From positions 496,001 to 560,000 of the forward strand of contig JAQGDQ010000027.1 of NCBI GenBank assembly GCA_030141605.1: 64,000 nt of DNA. The letters run 5' to 3'. Below are positions 34,701 through 62,111 of the stretch, piece after piece. Each line of letters begins with the position of its first letter. Within the stretch, counting starts at the first letter, position 1. The notes below the pieces were generated by a model, which saw only the letters and a program-made list of their open reading frames with translations, searched no databases and was not told where the DNA came from. A program made the position numbers and the translations under genes. This stretch comes from Tubiluchus corallicola. Taxonomy: Eukaryota > Animalia > Priapulida.

Positions 34701-37700
34701 TAGGTAAACAAGACATCAGTTGGACCTGAAATAGCCCACGATGATATAATCCTACAATTTCCTGCTGATGATTTGATAACTACAACAATGATTACAACAA
34801 CAAGGACAATGTTATGAATTAAGTTTGAAGAAATCTATTTGTAGGCATCTACAGCTAATAAAAAAAGAAAAATTTCAGAACATTAAGTGACAAATGAATT
34901 TGGATTTGAATTGAACTGATTTTGAATTTTTTATTTTTTTGTCTCATACAACAACAATATACAACAAAGTGTCAGTAAGAATGAATTTACTGACACTTGA
35001 CTGTAATAATTAAAATGCAAACAATACATTTTATTGCAAATGACAGCAGGTGGCATTAATAACAATTATTTGATAACATATCACACTAATTGGAAAACAG
35101 ACTTGCCTGTCATTGAGACTTCCTGTGGAGAGAGGTTCGCACCCAAATTAGAGCACGTGCCGTCATTCTCTATTTTCAGTTCTTTATAATTTATACTTTT
35201 CGCTTCTATTTCGAAACCAACTACTCGGTATGTATTTCTGAAATTGTATAAGGTCAAGGTCACCGAACGTTGAAGAAAAACAAACAACATTTTTAGTGTT
35301 CACCCCCTAGTAAGGTCGCAATGCTTTTGCAATAGATGTCATGTATCCAAGACATGATCACGAGACACTCATTTGACCTACCAGAATCAGCGTTACCGTT
35401 ATTTGAAAAAATAAACATTGACTAGTTATGACTTTAACCAAACAAGACTGACATTACTAAAGTTAATAGGTGCATGAAACAAAAATGAAACTTCAAAGTA
35501 AATTTTCCAGACGTAAGTCAGTTGATTCGGTAAACATGGACACTATCCTTAATAATGGTGTCAATAACCAAATTAGTATGTAATTCTCTTTTAAGTGTAA
35601 AAGAATTCTTGGCATATATTAAAATAGATTTTAACTGCCTTTATTCAGGTTGTAAATAATATCTCAGAAAATATCAACTTCCTCTTTACGAACCTCGTAG
35701 GGGTCAAGCCATAATCCCCCAAAGTTGTGTAATAACAGGAAAATATTTAAATGAAGAACGCTTTAAACAGATTTCGTACAACTTTTGCACTTACTGCATG
35801 CAAGCATTTACTTAAACAACATTTATTTATCTTAACTATATTACTTAATTCAAAAGCTGATCACTGAATAATTTCCGTCCTTAAATTTAAAATTTTAGTA
35901 TTTTAAATTGATATAAAATTTCATTATTTTTGTACACCTGCATGTGATCTCATTTGTATATCTTCCTTATTTTAAAATAGATTTACATCAATTTTAATGA
36001 GAAGTAAAACGAAAAAATCTACGAATAAACTATCAACAACACTTACGTAGTATCATCTTTGTGGTACTTAAGTTGAAATGATAAATGATTGTGTATATAT
36101 ACTTTTCCATCTGGTTTGACAAAGCCCAAGCGATAGCCATGCTCGTATTGTACTTCTGATGGATTATCCAACATAGTGTATTTTGTAGCACAAGGCAAGT
36201 TATCTATCAGTCTGAAAATAATTCATACTGTCAGATGGTGCTCATTTTTATCAAAATTAAGAAATAAAGCGAGATAACTATTTTCAAGGATAAGTGACAG
36301 TTTAAACATTTGTATGTTTTATTGTTATACATTTGCAACAGCCTAAAAATCAGAGCAAATCAATATCAGCAACAAACAGCAACAAACAAGATTGTAAATA
36401 AAAGCTAGGTAAATGTGTTTTAGCTTAAATTGATGTTCTAACAGATTCACAACATTTGTTACAAAACAGTTGAAACTTTTCTTAATAATAGACAGTTGGT
36501 TTATCTGTAGTTGGCTTTCAAAAATGGAATATAGACAAAAATACTTTATTCTAACACACATTTGTTTCCCCACACAATTCTTAGCACTGCAAAAGAATGT
36601 TTCATATTCAGAATGTTTCATACTTTTTACAGAACTACTGAAATTTAGAAATGACCAGTCTGTTTGCCGAAAACACATTGCCAAAAAATAAATAAGTTGA
36701 TAATAGGTGCTGCTTAAAAGACTCACTTTGGGATAGATGAGTTATGACACAATTAACTAACTGAACCTATTAACCGATAGATGTAGTATTACTAGTATAG
36801 CAGTATGAGTCTTCTCTCTTCAGTTTAGTATGCACTGCAAGAGCTTTAAATGTCAGGTCTTTATGCATTATACTGTATGCTCTTATTTGCTCTATGATAT
36901 TTATGCATGTGAATGTGCAAAGAAAATTGGTAGATTACTGCTGTGGCATAACAGCAACAGCTAACTGATTAAACGTACTATGAAAAGCAGCAACAGCTTC
37001 AAAAGGAAACCACTAGGAGTGTGATTAAAAGTTTAGCCTCCAAAAATTTCTGGGCAAAGGGGTTAACTGCAGTGGAAGAGTGGATGACGGATTCAAAGCA
37101 AAAACACTACGCTGACATAGCAGCACATGATAAATGTACCGACTTACAGACAAAAAAGCACTTAACATGGTTGTTTCTAAGACTATTATAGTGCACAAAG
37201 TGAAGTAAAGATGACAAAAAAGTAGTAAAAAGCTCTTTGCCAAAAGTTTTTGAGTCAATTAAGCGATTGATTCTACTAACTGTGAGTCCAATAAATGGTG
37301 CTCACTGAAACAGCATTTGCTTATTATAGCAGACAAAATAAAAAGACAAAAAACATCTGGCACACTGCTACTGACAATAATAGTCAGACTTACATAACAG
37401 CATTATTGGAAGATGTGTTTTCCTATTACACGCACATTATACACGCCAAGATGAACGTGAAACTTTGATACTTACAAATGTACATAGTACTCGTGCTTAA
37501 TTCTTTCAGCAACTAAGTTCGATTGCTTCTCGTCCCAAGTCACAGCAGTGTTGGGCTTATTACATAAAACTTCACATGCTTTGCTCTCATCCATTTTAAT
37601 TTTAAAAGGTGTGTTGACAATTCTGTCTCCTCTAAGCACCTCTCCTGAGAGTGATACGCAAAGTAAATAATATTAGTACCTATACCAGACAGTTACTACT

Positions 37701-40700
37701 CAGATTGTACATAAAACATCAAAGACGTACAAAAGTTTTAAATAAAAAACGTTAATGACAGCAGATGTACGTTCATGAGTCTTGCTCTTGCTCACTAAAT
37801 GAAGCAAGACAATGTTAGATAGCGACACCATTATATTAAATTGCAAAATATAGGTTAAATCAACTATCTATAAATAATAGTTAGCTGTAAAAGTAATTAC
37901 ACAACTTTGTATGCCGTGCACAAATATATTACAAAAAATTGTAAAATGTAAGTTAAAGATAGTTGATTTAATCTATAATCTTAATGTCAATATTATTATT
38001 CATGATGGAACATCTAGGTTGCATCCCAACTTTTTTACATTTTTCCTGTCTTTCAACTTTCCTACCATCAAAGTTTTAATTAATCATGAACTGACTAAAT
38101 CATTTCTTTTACAGCTAGTTATTCAAATAATGCATCTATAGGAAGAAATTTACAATTCCAATCTCACAAATTTCAAGCTCAAAATGCACTTTTTAAATTT
38201 TTTTTCATGACCAAATGCAAAAATACACAAATGATTTCACAACCTTGGTTTGTGAAATAGACTTATTTCATATAGACTAATATAACACATGTTAAGGATA
38301 TCTAAATGCAAATCTATTGAATGCATTTAGCATCATAAAGAATAAATTAACATAGTAATTCGTACCTAAGTTCTCAGACTTATATTGCAAATCACCTGCT
38401 GGCTTACATAGTGGCAACGAGTAATACTCGTAAGGTAACTGAGTCTTAGAACTAGTCATTTTTACCGCCTGAAATGAAAACAATGTGTTTGTATAAAGTT
38501 AGTGATGGGACGAAGCTTCGCTACTCTGGAGCATTGGATACAGAATCTGAATTTCGATTAGGATCCATTGCTTTAATTGCCTTGGATCCGATTCGGATTC
38601 TGTAAAAAAAAGGCGAAGCAGACTTCATAATTCGTGTCTACTCGGTTTAATGAGCAAATCCACTGCAAACCAGTGTTGTAAAATTTACAAGATTTCCTTC
38701 TTATCGGTTTAATCCCTAACAAAATTTAAATATTTGCGATGTGCGCTTCCCCAAATTGACACAGTGTGGTAGCAAAGTTTCGCAAAAGTTATGTGCCATA
38801 TCATCATTATTCATCAACTCACTTGAAAATTAAGAGTGAATTACAGATTTAGATCTGGTTCAGTTTTGGAAAATGGAAAAATGTGAAATTTGGATTCGAT
38901 TCAGTTTTGGAAATGAAGCAAAAGTCAATTTCGGATTAACTCTCAACACTATAGCCTGAGATCAGAACATATTCTAGAAATTCCCAGATTTTCAACAGTG
39001 AAATTTGGCTATCATTCTTTTATCTTATCAAGGTGTCAAACTGTAGAATAAGTTGCCTGAAGAATGGAGAGTGCGCAATAATTTAAACAAAATTAAAGGT
39101 TATGTAAAAAAATATTTGAAAAACGCATTGTACGAATGTCAGTGCTGCACAACATGTAAGTATACTTGCCATTTAACTTGCAGAGTTACCTACAAAATTA
39201 TAATCTTGTATAAAAATTTTCTGAAATTGTCAACACTATAACTATTCTATAAACCAATACACAACTGCTTAATTGATCAATTTCCTTGTAAACCTTCATG
39301 TTGAAATATTTTACATTTGTAATTATCCTGTAAAAAGTCATCTAAACCATTTGTGATTGAACCAACTTGTCATGAATCTCTTACAAACCCATACTAAACA
39401 CAATGTAACTTGTATTTTACCATTTCTACCAAAATGTGTACTGCCCATAGGTGGCAGCTCTGTAACATAGTACGTGTTCTTGCCAATCTAGTACTCCGTT
39501 CATACCTTAGCGTGCTTTGTATAGTTTTTTATTTCGTTTTATTTGTTGGAAAATAGCCTTTGGCTAATGTTATCTTTAAAATATTCACAGTAAATAAAAT
39601 TTTTTACTACTATACTATTACTACATATGTACTTACCTTTACTTCAATAGTGTCACCTGCATTGAACTCTACAGGAGCAACACCAGGAACATAAAATCCA
39701 TAAACTTTTGCAGCAGATGTTAATAAAAGGCATAAAAACCATACACGAGAGGTACCTTGAATTTTCACCTACAACAAAGCAAAATCAGACTGCATTAATT
39801 TAACTTTGTCTATCCTGTCTAATCTACTTTAACTAATTCATTTTCTACAGTATTCTCGTATAAATGCCTGATTATCTTGTTTCAATTTGACAGTCCATAC
39901 AGACGTGTCCTAAAAGTTGTATAAACTAAGACTAATGAACACATTTTCCTTTATAGCTAATAATAATGGTTTTCTTTTGCAGAATAATATTAATTCTCCA
40001 CAGATGTTTATCAATATCTGAAATGTTTGACTGATTTGATTATTTATTGAAATGTGCTCTTCTGTATGATGATGTTTTAAAATGGTTTTGATTTGTGGTA
40101 ATATGTATAGGGTCAGCGTGATTTGCTAGTCTGTGTGAATTTACGCTAATGTTATTTTTATTTATTGTTATTGATGTGTTGTATGCTTATATTTGCAACT
40201 GTTGCACTTGAATGTTATACTCTATTATAAAGTTTAATGGCCAAGTTATTTACCATTTCCACAGACTTGGTGTTAGTCCATGGCACTTTATAGGCTTATC
40301 GTTAACACAAAAGTTACTGAAAATTTGATTGTTGTATTTTTGTTTGACTAATTTATTCATTCTTTATAGACTTCACAAACAAAAGTTTGAAATCTTATAA
40401 TCAAATAATACAGAGTGCCCATGATTGTAATATAATTACTTTTTGCAGCTAAAGGCGTAAAGCAGCTTATTATGTGGGCAGTATTAATTCCACCTAATGT
40501 TTGCTCTCCCACCTTATATAAATCAAAAAATAAGAACAATACAAAAACTTACTACCTAATTTGTTAACCATTTTTCTTACTCCCATCAGCCTGTCCACAG
40601 GTATTAATAATAATATTCAGGTAGGCCTATCCCCCTATATCACATGAGCACAAATTTAGTATAGTAATACTGAAAATAAGCCTAGTTAAAAAAAGCATAA

Positions 40701-40978
40701 TTTGAAAAATTTGAACATCAAAAGGCGACAATATACCATCAGTAATGTTATAATGCCACTATCAGCAATGATCATGCACCCTACGTAATCAGAAGACAGC
40801 ACTAAAAACATGCAACTTTTTTTTGTAGAAAGTAAGTGCTACTTGAGTTTAACACTCAGTGAACATCCACAAATAGTGTATACTAAAAAGCTCAAACAAT
40901 GCGTAAATACTCTACTAGTGTGCACATAATCTTTGAAATTATCAAATTAATTGAAAATCTTACCGAATAAGACGCCAT
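28780..40978 (-). CDS. TM9SF4: Transmembrane 9 superfamily member 4 (nonaspanin), 16 coding exons
   Basis: Exons (5'->3') 40978-40964, 39768-39637, 38468-38366, 37644-37476, 36211-36047, 35237-35107, 34725-34499, 34270-34138, 33277-33120, 32767-32684, 31849-31754, 31051-30972, 30734-30671, 29895-29776, 29200-29111, 28929-28780. [46 protein letters not shown]-terminal KIYAAVKID are TM9SF4-type. Confidence 0.93.
29612..29688 (-). ncRNA. Intronic box C/D snoRNA, U35/SNORD35 (snR73) family, copy 1
   Basis: Sense to host gene: CUGUG-G-AUGAUGA (C box)...UCACGACGGUCU-U-CAGA (guide + D')...CUGA (D box)-CACAG terminal stem; guide complementary to conserved LSU rRNA AGACCGUCGUGA. Confidence 0.88.
29942..30122. 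repeat. Exact 90-bp tandem duplication in a TM9SF4 intron
   Basis: gcatattttccagtcag...cagtgtaagag present twice head-to-tail (starts 29942 and 30032). Confidence 0.95.
31942..32020 (-). ncRNA. Intronic box C/D snoRNA, U35/SNORD35 (snR73) family, copy 2
   Basis: GCUGUG-A-AUGAUGA...UCACGACGGUCU-U-CAUA...CUGA-CACGGC; about 90 nt upstream of the 3' splice site at 31850; paralogous to 29612-29688. Confidence 0.85.
33679..33849. mobile_element. Small Tc1/mariner-type MITE (same family as the 59 kb array unit)
   Basis: TA-cagtaaaact...aggtttgactg-TA; internal ccgcctactttgggact is the near reverse complement of agtcccaaagtgggcgg in the array. Confidence 0.75.
34726..35106 (-). other. GC-AG intron of TM9SF4
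   Basis: Donor AG|GCAAGT; only phase-1 donor that joins ...EVSMT-G to [11 protein letters not shown]. Confidence 0.8.
38500..38951. mobile_element. hAT-like MITE with GGATTCG/GATCCG subterminal motifs
   Basis: Imperfect TIRs tagtgatggga / tctcaacacta; no TSD recognised. Confidence 0.55.
38990..39625 (+). mobile_element. 3' end of an L2/Crack-like LINE in a TM9SF4 intron
   Basis: SYQGVKL*NKLPEEW-like ORF2 C-terminal motif near 39020-39065, followed by a UTR ending in aataaa and tac-like repeats. Confidence 0.5.
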
Positions 40979-41869
40979 TTTGGCTTTCTGTCGCGTGTCA
41001 GTGACGTCACTGCAAGACTGAAACGGAAACATAAACGGAAATACTCAAGCGTATGCCGATTTTTAGAGGTAAACAGGTTATACAATTTTTGCGTATAAAA
41101 TTGTTAAATTTTACTTGTGATGATATCCAATTAACAACTAACTTCTAAGGAAGACTAATACAGAACAGTTGCACTCTCACATTTTTTTATAGAAATTTGA
41201 AATTAATTATTTTTCCAATTTTATAAAATTAGTACAATACATTAAAATAAGAATACTGTCAATTAGTTATGAAATTTTAGTATAACCATAGGTAAGGAGC
41301 ATCTGATTAACCACCACGAAATTTACTACATGTATAGCTATAAACATTGTAATTGTTGGAATATACTTATTATATTTTATTATATATATATTATAATATA
41401 TATATTATAAATTATATATGTATACATAATTTTTATAATTTAGCCAAGCTTGACAGGTAAATTGCTTTACGAATGTTAAAAAACATAATGGACATAATAA
41501 ACTGTGTGACATTCTAATTTTATCTAATTACATAATTAATTCCATAATTACATTCTAATTACATAATCTCTTTAACAGTTTTTTTACTGGTAAGCTGAAT
41601 AAAATCATGCCCTAGCTATAAAATACCTATATGCATGCATACGGATCGCAGGCCATTGTTTTGTAGCATTTTTATACGTATTATGCTTATAGGTTTCTCA
41701 CCTACGCACCCCTACACATTTTAATAAATTAGTTTCGTTCATCGTCAACAGAGTGCGCTTTCTGATCTACCTTTCGCATGGTGGACGAGCTGCAATTTAG
41801 TTTGTTTTAAGCTTCGTAAAGTTTCTGGCTCACCGCTGTTCACGTAGTTGATTAAGTCGGCCAGAAAAG
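40970..41869. promoter_or_regulatory. Divergent TM9SF4/RPS20 promoter region
   Basis: Start codons 40978(-) and 41870(+); palindromic CRE gtgacgtcac 41001-41010, two ETS-like ACGGAAA at ~41023 and ~41035, YY1-like AAAATGGCG over the TM9SF4 ATG, pyrimidine CTTTC (TCT/TOP-like) motifs at ~41758-41775. Confidence 0.65.
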
Positions 41870-44292
<2,423 letters not shown>

Positions 44293-45018
44293 TTCATAGA
44301 AAAATTGGTTTAACAGTAAAAAAATGATCGAAAAGTCAGTTAATAAATTATCCTGATGGCAGAAATGTTTGCTGTTGTGTATTTTTTATTTATGGAGCTT
44401 GATCTTAAATAATTGTAATTTGTTGCATGCCTTGGTTATGGGCAACTTTTGCGCGCTTGGTGGAAGTGTAGGATGTTTGCCTGTGGAATAATTAACTAGA
44501 CAATCACTTTGTGTTTATGCAGTCAGCTGCTATTTGGCAAAGTACATTAAAATTGTTTGGTAGTGGTAGCAGTAACATGGCCCAGAAGCCAGTAATTTCT
44601 GGCTTATAATTTGAAATTCTAACTTTAGAGTTGTGCTTACGTATATTATGTAATAGACATTTGCAATTGATGGTAATGACAGTTGGTGCTAAAAGTTTGG
44701 CTAACTCTTTGCTGTTCGAATCATTTTCAAGTGATCTCTGAAATCTGATGTTTTGTTTACACTGTTCGAGTCCATGGTTTCATTTTACAATCATTTCCTA
44801 GTACAGTTTTTTTCATTCAGTAATACCAAATTTTGAGTTTTTCAAAATTTCATTTAGTCTGGATGAAGTTTAATTAACTTCATTGACCAGCTTCTCCTCT
44901 CATCATCGTTAGTTCTCATAAGCAGTGACCGTAGCGTTTACTAAATCTCTACCTGCTTGACATTGACCACCTGTAAGGCCATGACTCTCTATTCGGCAAT
45001 TTTTTCATGCTTATTTTT

Positions 45019-45429
45019 TCCATACTTTCAGTTTTTAACTTTACTCACAAACCTTGGTCAAATTCCCCTATCAATAAGACCCCATCTGAAACTACTACTT
45101 TAATACTACTATTACATATAATAATCCTAATTACTGAATAATTGCACTGTTTTGTTTACATTTATTTATTTAACTTTATTGTTTTTTGTTTTCAGTTCTT
45201 TTTTGATAATTTGTATCATTTGTGCTACTTTTTTTCTTATTTTTTGTTATCTACAGCATCACCGTTTATTTTTAATGTATTAATCTATCAATAAGAAAGG
45301 GCAGGAGACTAGATGACCCTATGGTCCTTTTCTGTCCTGCTCCATGATTATAATTACTTAATATTTAACAAACTTTTGATGTAAAACTCTATATTGGAGA
45401 AAATAAATGTTCTATGTCTATGCTCTATG
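45019..45429 (+). mobile_element. 3' end of an L2/Crack-like LINE downstream of RPS20
   Basis: Inverted homolog of 41917-42330; ends aataaa-tgttctatgtctatgctctatg. Confidence 0.7.
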
Positions 45430-45859
45430 AAGTTATCATTATAACGTTTGGAATGTAATAATGATATTACTTCATTAACTTTTAATTTGATGCTGTCTGA
45501 AGTAACTGTCGTTCTAAAATTCTAATAATCTACCATCTGCCGTACATTCACAATTCTGACAGGCCGCAGTCATGAAGTGTCGTAGTCATGGTTAACGTTA
45601 TAATAATGATGGCTTCAACACATAGGTGGCACCAAATATTTTGGCCACGCGGCTTGCGCTGACGCCGGGTAATTACTTTTCTGGTGTAGCGATTTAATGT
45701 TTTTTTGGTGTTATCACGCTATATTTAGGTAAAGTTTCTGGTTTAGGATTTTAGTAGGTTACGGTATTATAGACATAATGTTTTCATTTAATGTTATTTA
45801 AAATATTTTTTCTTATAAGCCTTTGCAATGTGATCCAGTTCAATCTGTTTTGACCTAGG

Positions 45860-46525
45860 CATAGACATAGACATTTTTATTTATCTCCTCATTTACACCA
45901 TAGTATACAAATTCACAATTATTTTTATAGTTATTGATTAAAAAGGATAAATTAAATATATAGGAAAGAGTTAGGGGGTGCAGAAGAAAGGGTAGCGAAA
46001 GACCAATTGGTCATCGAGTCAGCTACCCTTCTAAGGTCAGTGTAGATTTTAAAAAAATTGTAGTGCTGCTATTAACATGAATTTATGGGGGAATACATTA
46101 AACATGAAAGCGAAATAACTAAATAAACTATGCAACAAAGAAATAAAATGAAAAATATGAAATGATGATTAACAAAATGTAGAGCACTTAACTAATCGAT
46201 TAAAACATAAAAACTAGAAACAAGTCAAACCAAAAAAAAAAACATGAATAATAAATCAGTGAATGAAACAAAATATGCATGATAAACTCAAACAAAATAT
46301 AATGAAACAAAGATATGCAACTGTATCAAATTATGTTAAGCATAATGATAAAATACTATGAAATGCAAGAGCTAGTGCAAAAAAGTGGGGCAAACAAAAT
46401 ATGTAGGCCTTATTCATGAACAGTCTTATTAAATTTTTACGTACTGCAATGATTTATCATTAATAAATTCAGAGAGACGGTACAGCGGGAAAATCATACA
46501 TTCGTCGAGTCAAGCTATACCTAAC
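45860..46525 (-). mobile_element. 3' end of another L2-like LINE, bounded by a MITE
   Basis: catagacatagacat tail, stem agaagaaagggtagc...gctacccttct, long A-rich UTR. Confidence 0.5.
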
Positions 46526-47353
46526 CATGGGCGCCGGCAGGCGGATGCACTGACGCACGTGCGTCCACAGAATTTCTTAAAAAAGATTTTTTTATGGCTA
46601 AATAAAGTTTTTTAGCAGTAAACCAAGAAACACACCAACCCCTTGTTTTGTTGCGCAGTCTCCGGACAGTCAGCTGATTTGCATAGTGAAGTTATTTTTA
46701 TGTATATCACTTACATAGTGTCGAATCTCATCGATTTCCGTTGTCTAGACAATTTTTAGCTAACTGTAACTACATTTAGGGGGTGGGGCCCAAGGGACCT
46801 GCGCCCCCCTTTCACAGTAGTAGTGAAATTATGAGTCACGAGTTTGAGGTGAACTTGCCTGAGGAAATAGCTTCTAGCAACTGCAAAATGGTCTAAAATA
46901 CAGTAAAATGCATGTGTAGCCGAGACATTCTGTCGTTTAGCTGTGTCCAGTGGGAAAAATTAGCACGCATGTAAACATATTAAATTTTTCATGAACAGTG
47001 GGTGGGCTGTAAACTTGACATGTTTGACTATCCGCATTTTACTGGATAGATAATCTTGACACTAAATAAATTAAGCTTAAGTAATGGGTCATCTGCATTG
47101 CAGTGTGTTACAAACTTGCTTTTAAAATATATGACTACTACAATAGAATACAATGAATAATAGCTAGGTAAATGTAGGTAAAATGTATTTATTAAAGCAG
47201 GATTTTTCATGTCTGAGGAAGTCTATATACTAGAATTTAGATCTCATTTGAGGCTTCCAAAATGTCCTTAAATACAGGAAAAAGCTTACAATGCTCCCCC
47301 ACGCCCTCTAGCTGCTTGTGCATCCAATTTTTTAACCTCTGGCAGCGCCCACG
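46526..47353. mobile_element. hAT-like MITE
   Basis: Ends catgggcgccggca / tggcagcgcccacg; flanks tacctaac / tctctaac (6 of 8 identical). Confidence 0.65.
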
Positions 47354-47792
47354 TCTCTAACTCAACTAAAGTTAATATATTATAATAACAGAAAAAATAA
47401 TAGTGACAGCAGATAAAAAGCCAAAAGCATACAAAATCAATTGCATAATTATAATCTATACTTTGAAATATATTATTAGAGCCACTAGCAACATAAATTG
47501 TACTATCTGTAACTTCTAGCAAAGATATTGCGATGGATTATGTCCATCTAGTGTAGCTTTCGTCAATTGTTGCATTATGTTTAAAAAAGATAAGACAGCT
47601 GAAATTGTCAATGGTGTTCACCTGTTAGTATGTCTTGTCTTATTACACTGGTATACTGTTTTCTCTTTTGAGAGTATTATTGTTTTCATTTGTTACAGAT
47701 ATTTGCTCAACAACCTGTCACTGCCCCCTGTGAACTGTAGACAAAGTTACAATAGTGTGCACTAAATACAAGAGACATATTGATCCATAAGT

Positions 47793-60164
<12,372 letters not shown>

Positions 60165-61016
60165 CGGTATCTTAATAAACCATGAAGTATTAGTGAAACG
60201 AACTACATGGCTGTTGTGCAGTTGTTTTGGATGGCACGTGGGTAGATGAAAATTTTAAAAAATATGACATGTAGTTGAATGTAAGATGGATGAGTTCCGG
60301 GTGTCAGGGGAGCTGTAGGTTATATAACTGAACATTGATTGTTCAATAAATTTTGTAATTGTTCATCATGTACATACACGAAACCATTGTGCATGCATAT
60401 AATGTTTATTTTTATGCAAACATAATTGTGCAATTAAACATTTTTATATGGGAAATTCGTTGTTGCAGATTACTTTGCAGAAGGTATTTCAATGCAATGC
60501 TTTCACGCACTTTCGTTGTCTCACAGCCAGTGTTTAGGAAAAAAAATGTAAAACAGTACATTGGTGATGACTAATGAGTATTACCAAAAATAGTGTAGCC
60601 AGGTTCTAAAGCTAAGGGGAAAAAAGGTGCTGTGACACATGAAGCAATTATATGTTTGTCTATGCTACAACAGTTAGTATCACTCTATCACTCTGTGACA
60701 GCAATTTATTATAATAGTTAGATTTGGGCAATTTAATCCTTCAAACAGTTAACCTTGACAGATGAGTTACGTAAATGCACGTTCATTTCAAAAACACGAG
60801 ACAGATTGGTCAAATAAAGTAATAAAGCAAGTTATTGAAAAGGTGCCAGCTGTGAAAAACGTGCTTGAGGGGAGTGGTTGCTTGCCTTGCTGCCCTATTA
60901 TTACCTACACCACTGATTACCAATTAACATTCTCATCATTATTAGATAATACATTACAGTATTAGAAAGTTTGTGGTATCACTGGCCTCTCATGCCATGC
61001 AGCGCACTTGCATCAA

Positions 61017-61225
61017 TTGCACTGGAGACATTTATTACTCTCTAAGCCACTTTGTCTGAGAAAGCTGAGATTGCAATATGTACTCGTGTAGTTCAAGCAC
61101 TTGGCATAGCAAAGACTTACATCATTTGCACTGGAGACATTTATTACTCTCTAAGCCACTCTGTCTGAGAAGGCTGAGATTGCAATAAGTACTCGTGTAG
61201 TTCAAGCACTTGGCATAGCAAAGAT
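61017..61225. repeat. Two-copy 109-bp tandem duplication between convergent genes
   Basis: ttgcactggagacatttattactctctaagccac...gcatagcaaaga at 61017 and 61126 with about three substitutions. Confidence 0.92.
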
Positions 61226-62111
61226 TCATCACTTTTGTAAGAAGTGTAATTGTCCCGCTTAACAAATTATTGAAAGTTATTCAAAGCATATTCCACATGT
61301 TCAGTTAATAAGCTTTTCCTGCCTTAGATGCTTAAAAGTATATTGTGCAGCCAGATGCCTTCTCAATAAGTTTTCAAATAAGTTCGCGCAATTGCAGTTC
61401 ACAGTAACAATGTGCAGATTGAGTAGCTTTCATTGTACCTTACAAAATTTATTTATATGGACCCTGAACTCCATGAAATGAAACCATGTTATTGGATATG
61501 ATTCAAAGTAAATGTACACTTTTAATTTATTAAAGCCCACATAAAAATAATCTGACAATTGGTTTGTAGCGTTACTACACTGTACATGATAATTATACAT
61601 GCTAATAAGCCACTCGAAACAATGCCGAATATAGGAATATATTTACAAGCATGTTAGATAATACAATTACATGCACTGTACAATGTGAAAATAATACTTT
61701 TAATGTATGCAGAACATCGCAAGTTAATTTAACAATGTAATAAAAAAATTGACAGATGCAGTAGTTAAAACAGACAAAAATAAGGGACATTTTCAACTGC
61801 ACCAATAAGTGCCACATGTACACAAATTTACAAAGCTACACTTCTACCGTTCATGAAAAAAGCAGAGAAATGCGATTAATTTTATGCTCTCTGTTCTACG
61901 TTAACTTAAACGAATTTCAGGCTCGACATTTGGTGTAAAAGAGTAAAAGAGACCAAACACTTCACACATAATTGTACTTGAAATCATCAAATTGCTTCAG
62001 TTGTTATTTTCTTAATGAACAGATGGAAAATAACAATGCATAAAACCAAATTAAAAAAGCAACTATTGAAATAGAAGTTGAACTTATCAGTGATTTACAC
62101 AATGATTATCA

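Noticed and set aside
38291-38301. ATATCCTTAAC on the minus strand resembling an AT-AC U12 donor or branch site
   Set aside because: It lies inside a normal GT-AG TM9SF4 intron (37645-38365) whose ends already join in frame.
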